22,711 nucleotides of DNA, taken from assembly GCA_029856125.1 (NCBI GenBank), contig JAHQWJ010000116.1, positions 1 to 22,711 of the forward strand, given 5' to 3'. The position numbers and the translations under genes were made by a program. The DNA comes from Promethearchaeia archaeon. GTDB taxonomy: Archaea; Asgardarchaeota; Lokiarchaeia; Sigyniarchaeales; SOKP01. Of the stretch, positions 1 to 8,300 are shown piece after piece. The notes under the pieces were generated by a model. The model saw only the letters and a list, made by a program, of their open reading frames with translations, was not told the DNA's origin and searched no databases. Within the stretch, counting starts at the first letter, position 1; each line of letters opens with the position of its first letter.

Positions 1-2
1 AA

Positions 3-137
3 GAATTAACGGCATCACAAGAATTTGTTACAGGAGGACGCTGGTATTCAAGTAACCCAGAAGATTATGCTATAGTTGAATCTGTAAGAGATGGCCGTCA
101 GGCAGCTCTGAAAATTCATAATTTTAATTTATTTTAA
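3..137 (+). CDS. 3' end (partial) of a probable FAD/NAD(P)-dependent oxidoreductase, GltD/SudA-like; possibly degenerate
   Basis: Frame from nt 3 reads ELTASQEFVTGGRWYSSNPEDYAIVESVRDGRQAALKIHNFNLF*, resembling the C-terminal 'FAGGD...V.A..DGR.AA..I' motif. The usual Asp after GG is missing. Confidence 0.45.
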   Translation, partial: ELTASQEFVTGGRWYSSNPEDYAIVESVRDGRQAALKIHNFNLF

Positions 138-138
138 A

Positions 139-537
139 TTAGCAGGAGATTTAAAAAATAAAAGAGTAACATTGTTAGGACTTGCTTTTAAACCGGGAAC
201 AGACGATATGAGACAAGCAGCCAGTATAAGAATCGTCAACGAATTAAGAGAAAGAGGAATAGAAGATATCGTTGGATTCGATCCTAAAGCTATAGAAACA
301 GCAGAGATTGAATTTGGAGATAAGATAAAGTATGCCGATTCGATTGAAGAAGCCCTTAAGGATTCAGAATGCGCTTTTTTAATAACCGAATGGGATGATT
401 TTAAGACATTAAATCCAGATGACTTCAAAAAACATATAAAAGTTCCTAATCTTGTAGATGGAAGAAGACTTTTCGATTACGAAGATTTTAATCGCGCATT
501 ACCATTTAGAGCGATAGGTCGGACAGATTTAAAATAA
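139..537 (+). pseudogene. ugd: UDP-glucose/GDP-mannose dehydrogenase family, C-terminal UDP-binding domain only (5'-truncated)
   Basis: Reads LAGDLKNKRVTLLGLAFKPGTDDMR...FDPKA...ITEWDDF...VDGRR. Similarity extends upstream of the TTG at 172 to ~139. In-frame TGA at 109-111; N-terminal NAD-binding and central domains are absent. Confidence 0.8.
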
Positions 538-679
538 AGTAAAACTAATTTTTTCTTTAGTGTTGTTTTTTCATTTTATCTTTTTATTTGGTATTTATAG
601 AGACAATAATTTTATAGGTAACCTAATATACTAGTAAGAGTAAAAGAGATAAAATAGAAAATATTAAAAAATCGAAACA

Positions 680-904
680 ATGAAACTACTAAACGATTCC
701 GCAGACGATATAAATGGAAGTAAGGTTGTTTTGAAAAAATTATGTGAATATTGTGGAAAACCTTTAAAGCTCTATCAGCGAAATTATGATAGACCCCACA
801 AATTTGTCTTTATCAATATCGCTCAAGAACCACCAAACCACTATTTTTGTTCTAAAAAATGTAAAAACGATTGGATATTTAACCCAAGCAAAACAGCGCG
901 ATAG
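680..904 (+). CDS. Small TRASH/YHS-like metal-binding protein
   Basis: 74 aa with CEYCGKPL ... HYFCSKKC (CxxC...FCSxxC treble-clef pattern). Confidence 0.65.
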   Translation: MKLLNDSADDINGSKVVLKKLCEYCGKPLKLYQRNYDRPHKFVFINIAQEPPNHYFCSKKCKNDWIFNPSKTAR

Positions 905-1304
905 GTCGTGCTAACAAAAAAAAATTGATTTTGTTATAGAACTAAAGTTGATTTTTTTTTGTTGTAAGTTTTTTGTTGTCTAATGTGTCAAATTGTTATC
1001 TTTTTTAGTTAAAATTGTTAAGAAATGTAACTATTTATATTTGAAGGTTCATTATAAAAAATTGAACTAACTGCCATTAATTCATCGGGATGTTATTAAA
1101 TATTTTTAATCAATTTTGATACATCCTTTTTATTTTTCTTGTATTATCTCAATACATTGACATTTTTATCTAAATACGCTCTATCCTACATCTCCGTAAA
1201 GAAAAGTTTATTACTATCTTAACATAATTATAATTGTTTTATTTGAAATTGTAATAAAAAATAATAAAAAACTTTAAAAACGAAACAAAATGGATTGATG
1301 AAAA

Positions 1305-1538
1305 ATGGTCGATATAAACGATACATTAGATTGTAGAGGAGAAGTCTGTCCTTATCCTGATGTTAAAAGTAAGAGAAAGACTAAAAAGATGGGCTCAGGA
1401 GAGGTCCTAAAGATTATTATAGATTACCCTCTTTCCGCGGAGCGAATTCCAGAAACAATGAAATCAATGGGACACGATGTACTGTCTGTAGATAAGACAG
1501 CCAATTCTGAATGGGAAATAGTAGTAAAAATCAAATAG
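1305..1538 (+). CDS. tusA: TusA/SirA/YedF-family sulfur carrier
   Basis: 77 aa; LDCRGEVCPYP (CPxP motif), GEVLKIIID.P, C-terminal W.I.V.I strand. Confidence 0.92.
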   Translation: MVDINDTLDCRGEVCPYPDVKSKRKTKKMGSGEVLKIIIDYPLSAERIPETMKSMGHDVLSVDKTANSEWEIVVKIK

Positions 1539-1557
1539 ACTAGAGGATGAAAAAGAT

Positions 1558-2616
1558 ATGGTAGATATTTTAGTTGTATTATTACCTGGATTAATTCTAG
1601 GAATAATATTTGGAATTATTTTGCAACGTGGCCGCTTTTGTATGAATTCTGCTTTTAGAGATATCCTTGTATTAAAAGAATTCTCTCTTATAAAGTCTGT
1701 AATTCTTGCGATTTTAATCTCTATGCTTGGATTCGCAATAATGGCCTTTGCCGGCATCATAAATTTAAACCCTAAACCATTCGCCCCAGTAGCAAATATT
1801 ATAGGCGGATTTATTTTTGGTATGGGTATGACGTTGGCTGCAGGATGTGCTAGTGGAACCACATATAGAGTTGGTGAAGGTATGATGGGCTCATTAGTGG
1901 CATTACTTGGATACTCAATTGGTGCGTATGTGACAAAATCAGGAGCATGGGCAGAGATTAAAACATTATTACAAACGTATAAAATTAGCGAAGAAGGAAC
2001 AGGAGCAAGCCTTACTGTATTTGGTTCAGAGCTTACCCCAATACTTATGCTCATAATCGGGATTGCTGGGATTGCTGTAGTATTAATCTTTTGGATATTG
2101 CCAATGCTGAAAAAGAGAAAAGCATCTGATAGTAAGATGTTTGATTTTTCTGATATGGGCAAAAAGATTTTCAAAAATGGATGGCCTTGGAGTATTACTG
2201 GACTCGCAATTGGAATATTAGCGTTATTTGCTTATGTTTCTTCAGCTGCGACTGGTAGAGATTATGCATTAGGAATTACTAGTGGTTGGTCCAATTGGCT
2301 TAAATATTGGACTACTGGTGCTGAATCAGCGTTAACTTGGGAAACTTTCTTAGTAGTTGGAGTTGTAATAGGTGCTTTTATTAGCTCAATGATTGCTGGT
2401 GAATTTAAATTAAGAGCCCCAAAAGATGGAAAAAGGATATTGATCCAATTTATCGGTGGATTAGCAATGGGCTTTGGAGCAGTAGTTGCAATGGGATGTA
2501 ATATAGGAAATACATTAAGCGGAATTCCACTTCTTTCGGTCGGTAGTTTAGTATCAACTGCGTTTATTATATTAGGTGCCTGGTTCTTGGCTTATTTCCT
2601 ATTTATGAGGAAATAA
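1558..2616 (+). CDS. yeeE: YeeE/YedE (TsuA-like) sulfur-compound membrane transporter
   Basis: 352 aa, multi-TM; three conserved Cys motifs QRGRFCM, LAAGCASG, AMGCNIG; GAGGA RBS. Confidence 0.92.
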   Translation: MVDILVVLLPGLILGIIFGIILQRGRFCMNSAFRDILVLKEFSLIKSVILAILISMLGFAIMAFAGIINLNPKPFAPVANIIGGFIFGMGMTLAAGCASGTTYRVGEGMMGSLVALLGYSIGAYVTKSGAWAEIKTLLQTYKISEEGTGASLTVFGSELTPILMLIIGIAGIAVVLIFWILPMLKKRKASDSKMFDFSDMGKKIFKNGWPWSITGLAIGILALFAYVSSAATGRDYALGITSGWSNWLKYWTTGAESALTWETFLVVGVVIGAFISSMIAGEFKLRAPKDGKRILIQFIGGLAMGFGAVVAMGCNIGNTLSGIPLLSVGSLVSTAFIILGAWFLAYFLFMRK

Positions 2617-2640
2617 TATAATATATATGGAGTTTAAACT

Positions 2641-3003
2641 ATGGCACGACTAGGAATTCTTTTTTTTGATGGCCCATACCAAACGCAAGCTTCTGAAACA
2701 GTAGTGAAACTAGCCAACGCTGCTTTAGATAAAGGTCACGACGTACATATCTTTTGCTACATGGATGCCGTGAATGCGCTCTTAGAAAATCAGAAAAAAA
2801 TTGAAGGAATTTTTAACATTGAAGAGGGTTTCAAAGAAATCCTAAGCAAGGGAGCTGTGATAAGGTTGTGTAATCTATGCCTTTTGGTGCGCGGAACTAT
2901 AAAAAACTGTATGAAAAAAGAACACGGCGATGTGAAACGGGCAGGAACGCCAGATCTTGCGAAAATTATAGAAGAAACTGATAGACTCGTGGTAATTTGT
3001 TAA
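2641..3003 (+). CDS. dsrE: DsrE/TusD-family sulfurtransferase subunit
   Basis: GPY motif, GHDVHIFCYMDAV, and C77-x2-C80-x3-RG matching TusD/DsrE catalytic C-x6-RG. Confidence 0.85.
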   Translation: MARLGILFFDGPYQTQASETVVKLANAALDKGHDVHIFCYMDAVNALLENQKKIEGIFNIEEGFKEILSKGAVIRLCNLCLLVRGTIKNCMKKEHGDVKRAGTPDLAKIIEETDRLVVIC

Positions 3004-3016
3004 GGTGATAAAAAAA

Positions 3017-3361
3017 ATGTCAGAAGGAAAAAATGTGGTTATCCTTTTACGGCAACCTCCTCATGGAACATTGTATCCTGTTGAGGGATTAAGAATGACG
3101 GTTGCCGTCAGTGGTGATTTTGAGCCAATTACTATAGCTATCAACGATGGTGTGTTTGCCTTTCTTAAAGACGTAGATAAAACTATGTATTCAATGCACA
3201 TCGATTTTATCAAAAATATCGATTTAGATATTTTTATTGATAAAAAGTCGCTTGACGAGCGTGGCCTTACAAAGGACGATTTAGTTGAACAGGTTGAAGT
3301 TAAAGAACATAGCGAAATATTAAAAATGATTGCGGATTCATCCGTAACCATACCATTCTAG
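3017..3361 (+). CDS. dsrF: DsrF/TusC-family subunit
   Basis: RQPPHG...EGLR, NDGVF, SLDERGL. ATG 3017 follows AGGTGA RBS (ORF track starts at GTG 3005). No Cys. Confidence 0.85.
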   Translation: MSEGKNVVILLRQPPHGTLYPVEGLRMTVAVSGDFEPITIAINDGVFAFLKDVDKTMYSMHIDFIKNIDLDIFIDKKSLDERGLTKDDLVEQVEVKEHSEILKMIADSSVTIPF

Positions 3362-3375
3362 GAGGATTGAATAAA

Positions 3376-3675
3376 ATGGGAAAAAAAGTGTTGTATTTTA
3401 TAACAAGTGAAGATTTTACAGGTGTAGAGCTTGCAATGGAACATACTGACGACGACGATGTGACAATCCTTTTACTTCAGAATGCGGTCTATTTCGCAAA
3501 TAAAGCAAACCAATCAGTTTCACAGGCGCTTAATCAAAAAAAAAGGGTAGTTGCTTGTAAGGAGCATATAGATATTCGTGGATTATCCAATTTCATCTCA
3601 GATGAAATTAAATTAGTCGCATCTGATGATGTGGTCGATTTAATTTTTGAAAATGAAACGATTATAAATATGTAA
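3376..3675 (+). CDS. dsrH: DsrH/TusB-family subunit
   Basis: ILLLQNAVY and IDIRGL motifs; ~100 aa; third gene of the E-F-H trio. Start is ATG 3376 or TTG 3367. Confidence 0.8.
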   Translation: MGKKVLYFITSEDFTGVELAMEHTDDDDVTILLLQNAVYFANKANQSVSQALNQKKRVVACKEHIDIRGLSNFISDEIKLVASDDVVDLIFENETIINM

Positions 3676-3694
3676 TATAATTATTTAAAATTAA

Positions 3695-3709
3695 TTTTTT
3701 TTTTTTTTT
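3695..3709 (+). terminator. Oligo-T terminator of the sulfur operon
   Basis: 15 consecutive T beginning 20 nt after the dsrH stop. Confidence 0.65.
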
Positions 3710-3808
3710 AATTTAATACTAAACAATGGTTTTTGTTAATATCAATATTTGTAAAATAAAGGAAGTAAATTTTTAAGAGTTAATACCCAATAATTTAATA
3801 TTAGTAAA

Positions 3809-4399
3809 ATGAAGAAATTCAAACTTGACAAAATCAATTTGGAAATATTAAATTCTCTTGTAAAGGATAATAAGATAAATTACTCACAATTAGGAAAAAA
3901 ATTAGGATTATCACACGTTGCTATTAAGAATAGATTTGAGAGTTTGATAAACAATAACTTTATTAAAACAAACATAGCAGTCAATTTTTCAAAACTTGAT
4001 TATAAATTAGGATTAATATTAATGGAAGTAGAGACTTCAGTTTTAGAACATCTTTTTGAGATATATCAAAAATGTCCTAGAGTAATTTATTATTTTGAAG
4101 TAATGGGTCAATATAATCTGGCACTATTATTTTTTGGTGAAAATGAAAAGACCTTTGAAACAATTCTTAAATCTTGTATGCTATATTCGATAGAGGGGAT
4201 ACATAAATCAAATATTTTAATATATAGATATTCTCCTGAAGATATATTTTTACCATTAAATTTTTCTTTACTTAATCAGGAAAGTGAGGATACCCCATGT
4301 GGGACTTGCTGTAACAATTGCGGAGCATTTAAAGAAAATAGATGTGTTGGCTGTCCGGCATCATTTTATTATAAAGGTTCCCTTAAAGTCACAGATTAG
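3809..4399 (+). CDS. Lrp/AsnC-family transcription regulator with Cys-rich C-terminal extension
   Basis: N-terminal HTH (LDKINLEILNSL...YSQLGKKLGLSHVAIKNR), RAM domain (EVMGQYNL), tail PCGTCCNNCGAFKENRCVGCPAS. Confidence 0.88.
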   Translation: MKKFKLDKINLEILNSLVKDNKINYSQLGKKLGLSHVAIKNRFESLINNNFIKTNIAVNFSKLDYKLGLILMEVETSVLEHLFEIYQKCPRVIYYFEVMGQYNLALLFFGENEKTFETILKSCMLYSIEGIHKSNILIYRYSPEDIFLPLNFSLLNQESEDTPCGTCCNNCGAFKENRCVGCPASFYYKGSLKVTD

Positions 4400-4454
4400 A
4401 TTAAAATTTAATCCAAAGCTTAAAAAACCAATTTTAAACAAGTTGATTTTTATT

Positions 4455-4817
4455 ATGCCTTCTGAAAAAACTCTAAGTGATTACTACGATACTACCGGTC
4501 GTGAAGATATTTTAACTGGTGGAATCAAAATGATACCTATCCAGACTCCATTCGGTGAATTTAAAGTCTGGACTAAAAGGATTGGAAATAATCCCACAAT
4601 CAAAGTACTTCTCCTTCATGGAGGTCCTGGTGCAACCCATGAATTTTTTGAATGCGTTGATAGCTTCTTTCCAGCAGAGGGATTTGAATACTACTATTAC
4701 GACCAGTTGGGATCCTATTATAGTGACCAACCTACAGAACCCGGCTTATAGGAGACATCTAGATTTGTCGAGGAAGTAGAACAAGTTAGAAAAGCTCTAA
4801 AATTAGACAAATCTAAC
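4455..4817 (+). pseudogene. pip: Proline iminopeptidase-family alpha/beta hydrolase, nonsense-disrupted and 3'-truncated
   Basis: ATG 4455; LLLHGGPG and YYDQLGS motifs. TAG 4749-4751 falls where Trp is expected, then similarity resumes in frame (ETSRFVEEVEQVRKALKLDKSN) and stops before the GxSxG nucleophile. Confidence 0.85.
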
Positions 4818-4954
4818 ATCTCAGCAACAATCCTAGAGAATCCAATTCCTTCCTTATATATTATTCATAGTTTTGTGTTCATCCACCTTATCTATAAAAA
4901 AACAAAAATTATTTTTTTTTGCTTGTTCAGATAACTACTTTTCAAATGTACTCA

Positions 4955-5788
4955 TTAGTATTCCCCCAAGAATTGCTTTATTTTGGGGTTTTGAGCTAGT
5001 ATCTCCTTCATTTTTATCTTTGGATGGTTATATCTAGCCCTACCTAGAGTATATTCACCCCATTGAATAGCTATTTGGGGACAATAATGGAGACACGCTG
5101 TGCACATTTGACATCTATGCTGCCACTCAGGTTTTTCATTTACGAGTTTTATATTATCGACGGGACAGATTTGTTGACAAATTCCACAACCATTACAATT
5201 TTCATCTGTATAGTACTTTTCATCCATAGTATTTACTTCTTTTATAAAAGAGTAATAAGAATTCTTCATTGGGTAAATAGAACTTTCCCTTACCTTACCT
5301 TTCTGATTATTACGAATTATTTTAGCAATTTTTTCTATCTTTAATTCACCGTTCTTTATTCTCTTATCTCCTTTTTCTTTTGAAGGAACGGGATTCATTC
5401 GTTTTGATCCCCATATGTTATTTGAAAAAATTCTTATATTATATGCAGCATCAAGCTCTTTGTTTTTTGGTTTCAATAACTTTATCAGCACCGGCGATAC
5501 ATACTGCTTGGAAAAACCTCCCATAGTAGTAACAGCAAAAATATATTTTGCATTACTTAAATCTATCTTCTCAATAAAATCAGAGACAATTTTAGGGAGA
5601 GCCCAAGAATAAACTGGAAAAACAAAGCCAACTTTTTCTGATGTGGCGATTATAGAATCTTGTTTCATTAGACTCGCAATCGGTAGAAGTTCGCAATCAT
5701 CAAGTTTTTCTTTAAGACATTTGGCCGTATGTAATGAGTTTCCTGTGCCAGAAAAATAATATAGTGTTGTATTGATATTTTGAGTAAT
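4955..5788 (-). CDS. EFR1-type flavodoxin-ferredoxin fusion (2x[4Fe-4S])
   Basis: CNGCGICQQICP and CQMCTACLHYCP; VFPVY. The frame stays open upstream of ATG 5668 through TTLYYFSGTGNSL (FMN loop) to ATT 5788, with no ATG/GTG/TTG before the upstream TAA. Confidence 0.85.
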   Translation of the reverse strand: MTQNINTTLYYFSGTGNSLHTAKCLKEKLDDCELLPIASLMKQDSIIATSEKVGFVFPVYSWALPKIVSDFIEKIDLSNAKYIFAVTTMGGFSKQYVSPVLIKLLKPKNKELDAAYNIRIFSNNIWGSKRMNPVPSKEKGDKRIKNGELKIEKIAKIIRNNQKGKVRESSIYPMKNSYYSFIKEVNTMDEKYYTDENCNGCGICQQICPVDNIKLVNEKPEWQHRCQMCTACLHYCPQIAIQWGEYTLGRARYNHPKIKMKEILAQNPKIKQFLGEY

Positions 5789-5800
5789 TTTTTATCACTT
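5776..5800 (-). repeat. 25-bp RBS+ATT leader element, copy 1
   Basis: + strand tattttgagtaattttttatcactt; 23/25 identical to 7729-7753. Confidence 0.75.
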
Positions 5801-6002
5801 TTTTTTATAATGTTAATAATATAGTGATAGTTTAATTTTTATAATATTGTTAGTGTCAAAATTTTTAAGCATTATAAAATTAGTAAATTAATAATATAAC
5901 ATTGGAATCCCTTTCGTTTCGTTCCTTCATGCTGTGAACAAGGAAAGGTGATATTAAAATGTTAATAAATGAAATTGAGTAAAAAAAATTGGTGGATTCT
6001 CT

Positions 6003-6689
6003 TTGAGTATTGAAATTTTCCTATCTGGTTTTCTCTATCTGTTTATTTTGGTTTTGCAAATTGCGATGGCAGTATTTGGTTACATATTAGAGCCTACACC
6101 GAAGCATTATGAATCAGACGATAAACTGCTAAGTTTTAACAATAATCCAAAAAAGTTTCAAATAAGCGTCGTATTAGCGCTCATTGAACATTTTAGCGTC
6201 GTTACTCTTCCTATAGTATTGTTTATTGTTTTTAGTTCCTATAACATAATACTTGGAATTGTATGGATGATCTTCCGAATAGCAGAAGGCTTGATCCAAG
6301 TCTATATAGAAAAAGACTATTGGAGACTTCTCAATATAGCAAAAAAATACTCAATTAGTAGTGATGCGGAAAAGAATCCGTTGATTGATTCATATCATAC
6401 AATTCTCAAAGCAAAAAGCTATAGATTTACATTTGCAATGATCTGTTGGTCCATTGGTACTCTTGCATTATCAATCGTGTTAGTTACCTATGTATTAGCG
6501 GTACCCCCCTTTATCGGATGGTTAGGAATCGCTGCGAGCATTGGCATTGGTTTAGTTAATGTGGCAAAACTGGTAAAACCTAACTTAAAGGTTTATGACA
6601 CCGTCTCATCTATCTTTGGCATGTTGTCGATTGTATTTGAACTAATCATCGGAGGATGGCTAATATATTATTCGTTCATCATCCCTTAG
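6003..6689 (+). CDS. DUF4386-like multi-pass membrane protein, paralog 1
   Basis: 228 aa, about 6 TM; SGFLYLFI, RIAEG, P.FIGWLGIAAS, FELIIGGWL motifs shared with the two paralogs; TTG start. Confidence 0.7.
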   Translation: MSIEIFLSGFLYLFILVLQIAMAVFGYILEPTPKHYESDDKLLSFNNNPKKFQISVVLALIEHFSVVTLPIVLFIVFSSYNIILGIVWMIFRIAEGLIQVYIEKDYWRLLNIAKKYSISSDAEKNPLIDSYHTILKAKSYRFTFAMICWSIGTLALSIVLVTYVLAVPPFIGWLGIAASIGIGLVNVAKLVKPNLKVYDTVSSIFGMLSIVFELIIGGWLIYYSFIIP

Positions 6690-6701
6690 CTGATTTTTAG
6701 G

Positions 6702-6720
6702 AAAAAAAAATAAAAAAAAA
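6702..6720 (-). terminator. Oligo-T terminator between convergent genes
   Basis: A9-T-A9 on + strand, immediately after the MDR stop. Confidence 0.5.
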
Positions 6721-6721
6721 C

Positions 6722-7684
6722 CTAAATATGGTCTAGAGTTAATACTACTTGTCCCTTTTTCTGCCCGGATTCGATATACCTGTGAGCTTCAGATATCTGT
6801 TCCAACGGATAGCGTTTATCTATGACCGTCTTTAATTTTCCAGCTTCAATAAGTTCTTTAAGATAAATTAAATCTTCAGCTCTTTCTTCTAAGAGTCCAC
6901 TTACTGCTTTCTTGTTACTAAATACTCGAAGAGCCCGTCCCAACCCAAAGGTCGTAAAAACATAGAATCCCTCTTCCGTTAGCATTCTTTTGCTAGCTGA
7001 AAACGGACTCTTGCCTATCGTATCAAAAATAATGTCATACTTCTCGTCGCTTTTGGTAAAATCCTCTTTGGTATAATCAATTACTTTATCGGCTCCAAGA
7101 GACCTCACTAATTCTAATTTCGGGGTGCTGCATACTCCAGTTACTTTTGCCCCAAAGTACTTGGCAAGTTGGACTCCAAAAGTCCCTACCCCTCCCGATG
7201 CGCCAAAGATGAGAACTTTTTGTCCGCTCTGGATCTTACCCATTCTTAAGAAATACAATGCGGTTAAACCCCCATAAGGAATGGCAGTGGCTTCTTCATA
7301 TGTCATATTAGCGGGTTTTATTGCCACTGCCCCATCTTCAGGCATACATACGTATTCAGCATTAGCTCCCAAATTCATCCCGGTGAATCCAAAAACTTGG
7401 TCACCCTTCTTGAATAGATTTACATCTTTACCTACGGATTCAATTTCCCCAGCTAATTCAGTCCCAAGTATTGGTTTCTTTGGTTTTCTGAGTCCAGACG
7501 ATAATTTTATTAATAACCCAAATCCAGGAGGACCTGTGCAAGCTCTCCCCCAACAGTCGTATAATGTTGCTGTCGTCGCATATACTCTTATCAGTACTTC
7601 ATTGTCCTTGGGAGTTGGTTTTTCTACCTCCTTGACCTGAAGAACCTCCGGAGGTCCGTATTTTGAGTATACAGCCGCTTTCAT
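6722..7684 (-). CDS. Zinc-independent MDR (quinone-oxidoreductase-like) NAD(P)-dependent oxidoreductase, paralog 1
   Basis: [15 protein letters not shown]; GTELAG in place of the Zn-binding GHE; GASGGVG; LGADKVIDY; AHRYIESG. Possible 19-codon extension from ATT 7741. Confidence 0.9.
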   Translation of the reverse strand: MKAAVYSKYGPPEVLQVKEVEKPTPKDNEVLIRVYATTATLYDCWGRACTGPPGFGLLIKLSSGLRKPKKPILGTELAGEIESVGKDVNLFKKGDQVFGFTGMNLGANAEYVCMPEDGAVAIKPANMTYEEATAIPYGGLTALYFLRMGKIQSGQKVLIFGASGGVGTFGVQLAKYFGAKVTGVCSTPKLELVRSLGADKVIDYTKEDFTKSDEKYDIIFDTIGKSPFSASKRMLTEEGFYVFTTFGLGRALRVFSNKKAVSGLLEERAEDLIYLKELIEAGKLKTVIDKRYPLEQISEAHRYIESGQKKGQVVLTLDHI

Positions 7685-7728
7685 AAAAGTTTCATGCTTA
7701 CCATCAATAGATTCCTCTTTATTTTTAA

Positions 7729-7753
7729 TATTTTGTGTAATTTTTTATCACCT
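7729..7753 (-). repeat. 25-bp RBS+ATT leader element, copy 2
   Basis: + strand tattttgtgtaattttttatcacct; minus strand reads AGGTGATAAAAA-ATT-ACA-CAA-AAT. Confidence 0.75.
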
Positions 7754-7963
7754 TTTATGTAATTAATTTTAATTCTTTATTTATTCTTAATCAAAAATTC
7801 AATAAATTTATTAGAATAATCATTAACTAATTCAAGTGATCCCTCATCTAAATCTCTAATAAAAAATATGAAAATAATTTTAGGAACACTTTACTCAATA
7901 CATCATTTAATACAAGTAACTATATCGCTCTATTAAGGAAAAAAAAAAATTTTTATTATTTAA

Positions 7964-8218
7964 TTATTCTTTGCCACGAATTAATTTAACCAAAAAAATT
8001 ACGAGGAAAATTGCTCCGATTGTGACACATATAACGGGAATCGCTTGAGAAACGAGCCCGATAATCAAACCTTCTGCTGTGCTAATAGAATCTAAAAAAT
8101 CCTGCCAGCTTAAAATAGTGGGCGAAGTCCATCCTAATAACGGCGGTAATACAAACATAGTTATTATAAAAATAACAACCAGAATTATTCCAATACTAAA
8201 TGCTGTCCATTTTTTCAT
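7964..8218 (-). CDS. Small 2-TM membrane protein
   Basis: 84 aa, two hydrophobic segments; GGAGG RBS; followed by a T11 tract (A-run 7939-7949). Confidence 0.7.
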   Translation of the reverse strand: MKKWTAFSIGIILVVIFIITMFVLPPLLGWTSPTILSWQDFLDSISTAEGLIIGLVSQAIPVICVTIGAIFLVIFLVKLIRGKE

Positions 8219-8281
8219 ACAAATCCCTCCGATAATTTATTTATTTTTCCAATATTTTATTTCAAATTAAGATTTTTCATT

Positions 8282-8295
8282 AAAAAAAAAAAAAA
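8282..8295 (-). terminator. Oligo-T terminator after ABC permease
   Basis: 14-nt A run on + strand, 5 nt beyond the stop at 8301. Confidence 0.55.
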
Positions 8296-8300
8296 TTATT

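Noticed and set aside
1041-1090. Fluoride riboswitch (GGTTC...AACTGCC)
   Set aside because: Lacks the conserved 5' GATG and 3' GCTRATGAC elements; no fluoride-related gene downstream.
1305-3675. Selenocysteine recoding in TusA, YeeE or DsrE
   Set aside because: All key Cys are ordinary Cys codons; the ORFs are full length and end in TAA/TAG.
4284-4454. N-terminal part of the 155-aa track ORF
   Set aside because: It overlaps the Lrp gene out of frame; peptidase similarity starts at ATG 4455.
4749-4751. In-frame TAG in pip as pyrrolysine or readthrough
   Set aside because: It sits at an expected Trp (TGG->TAG, one transition), and the gene is truncated 22 codons later, before the catalytic Ser.
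4818-4882. Minus-strand MNTKL*IIYKEGIGFSRIVAE as a flavodoxin-like stump or TGA-recoded ORF
   Set aside because: Too short, the RBS abuts the ATG, and similarity is only suggestive.
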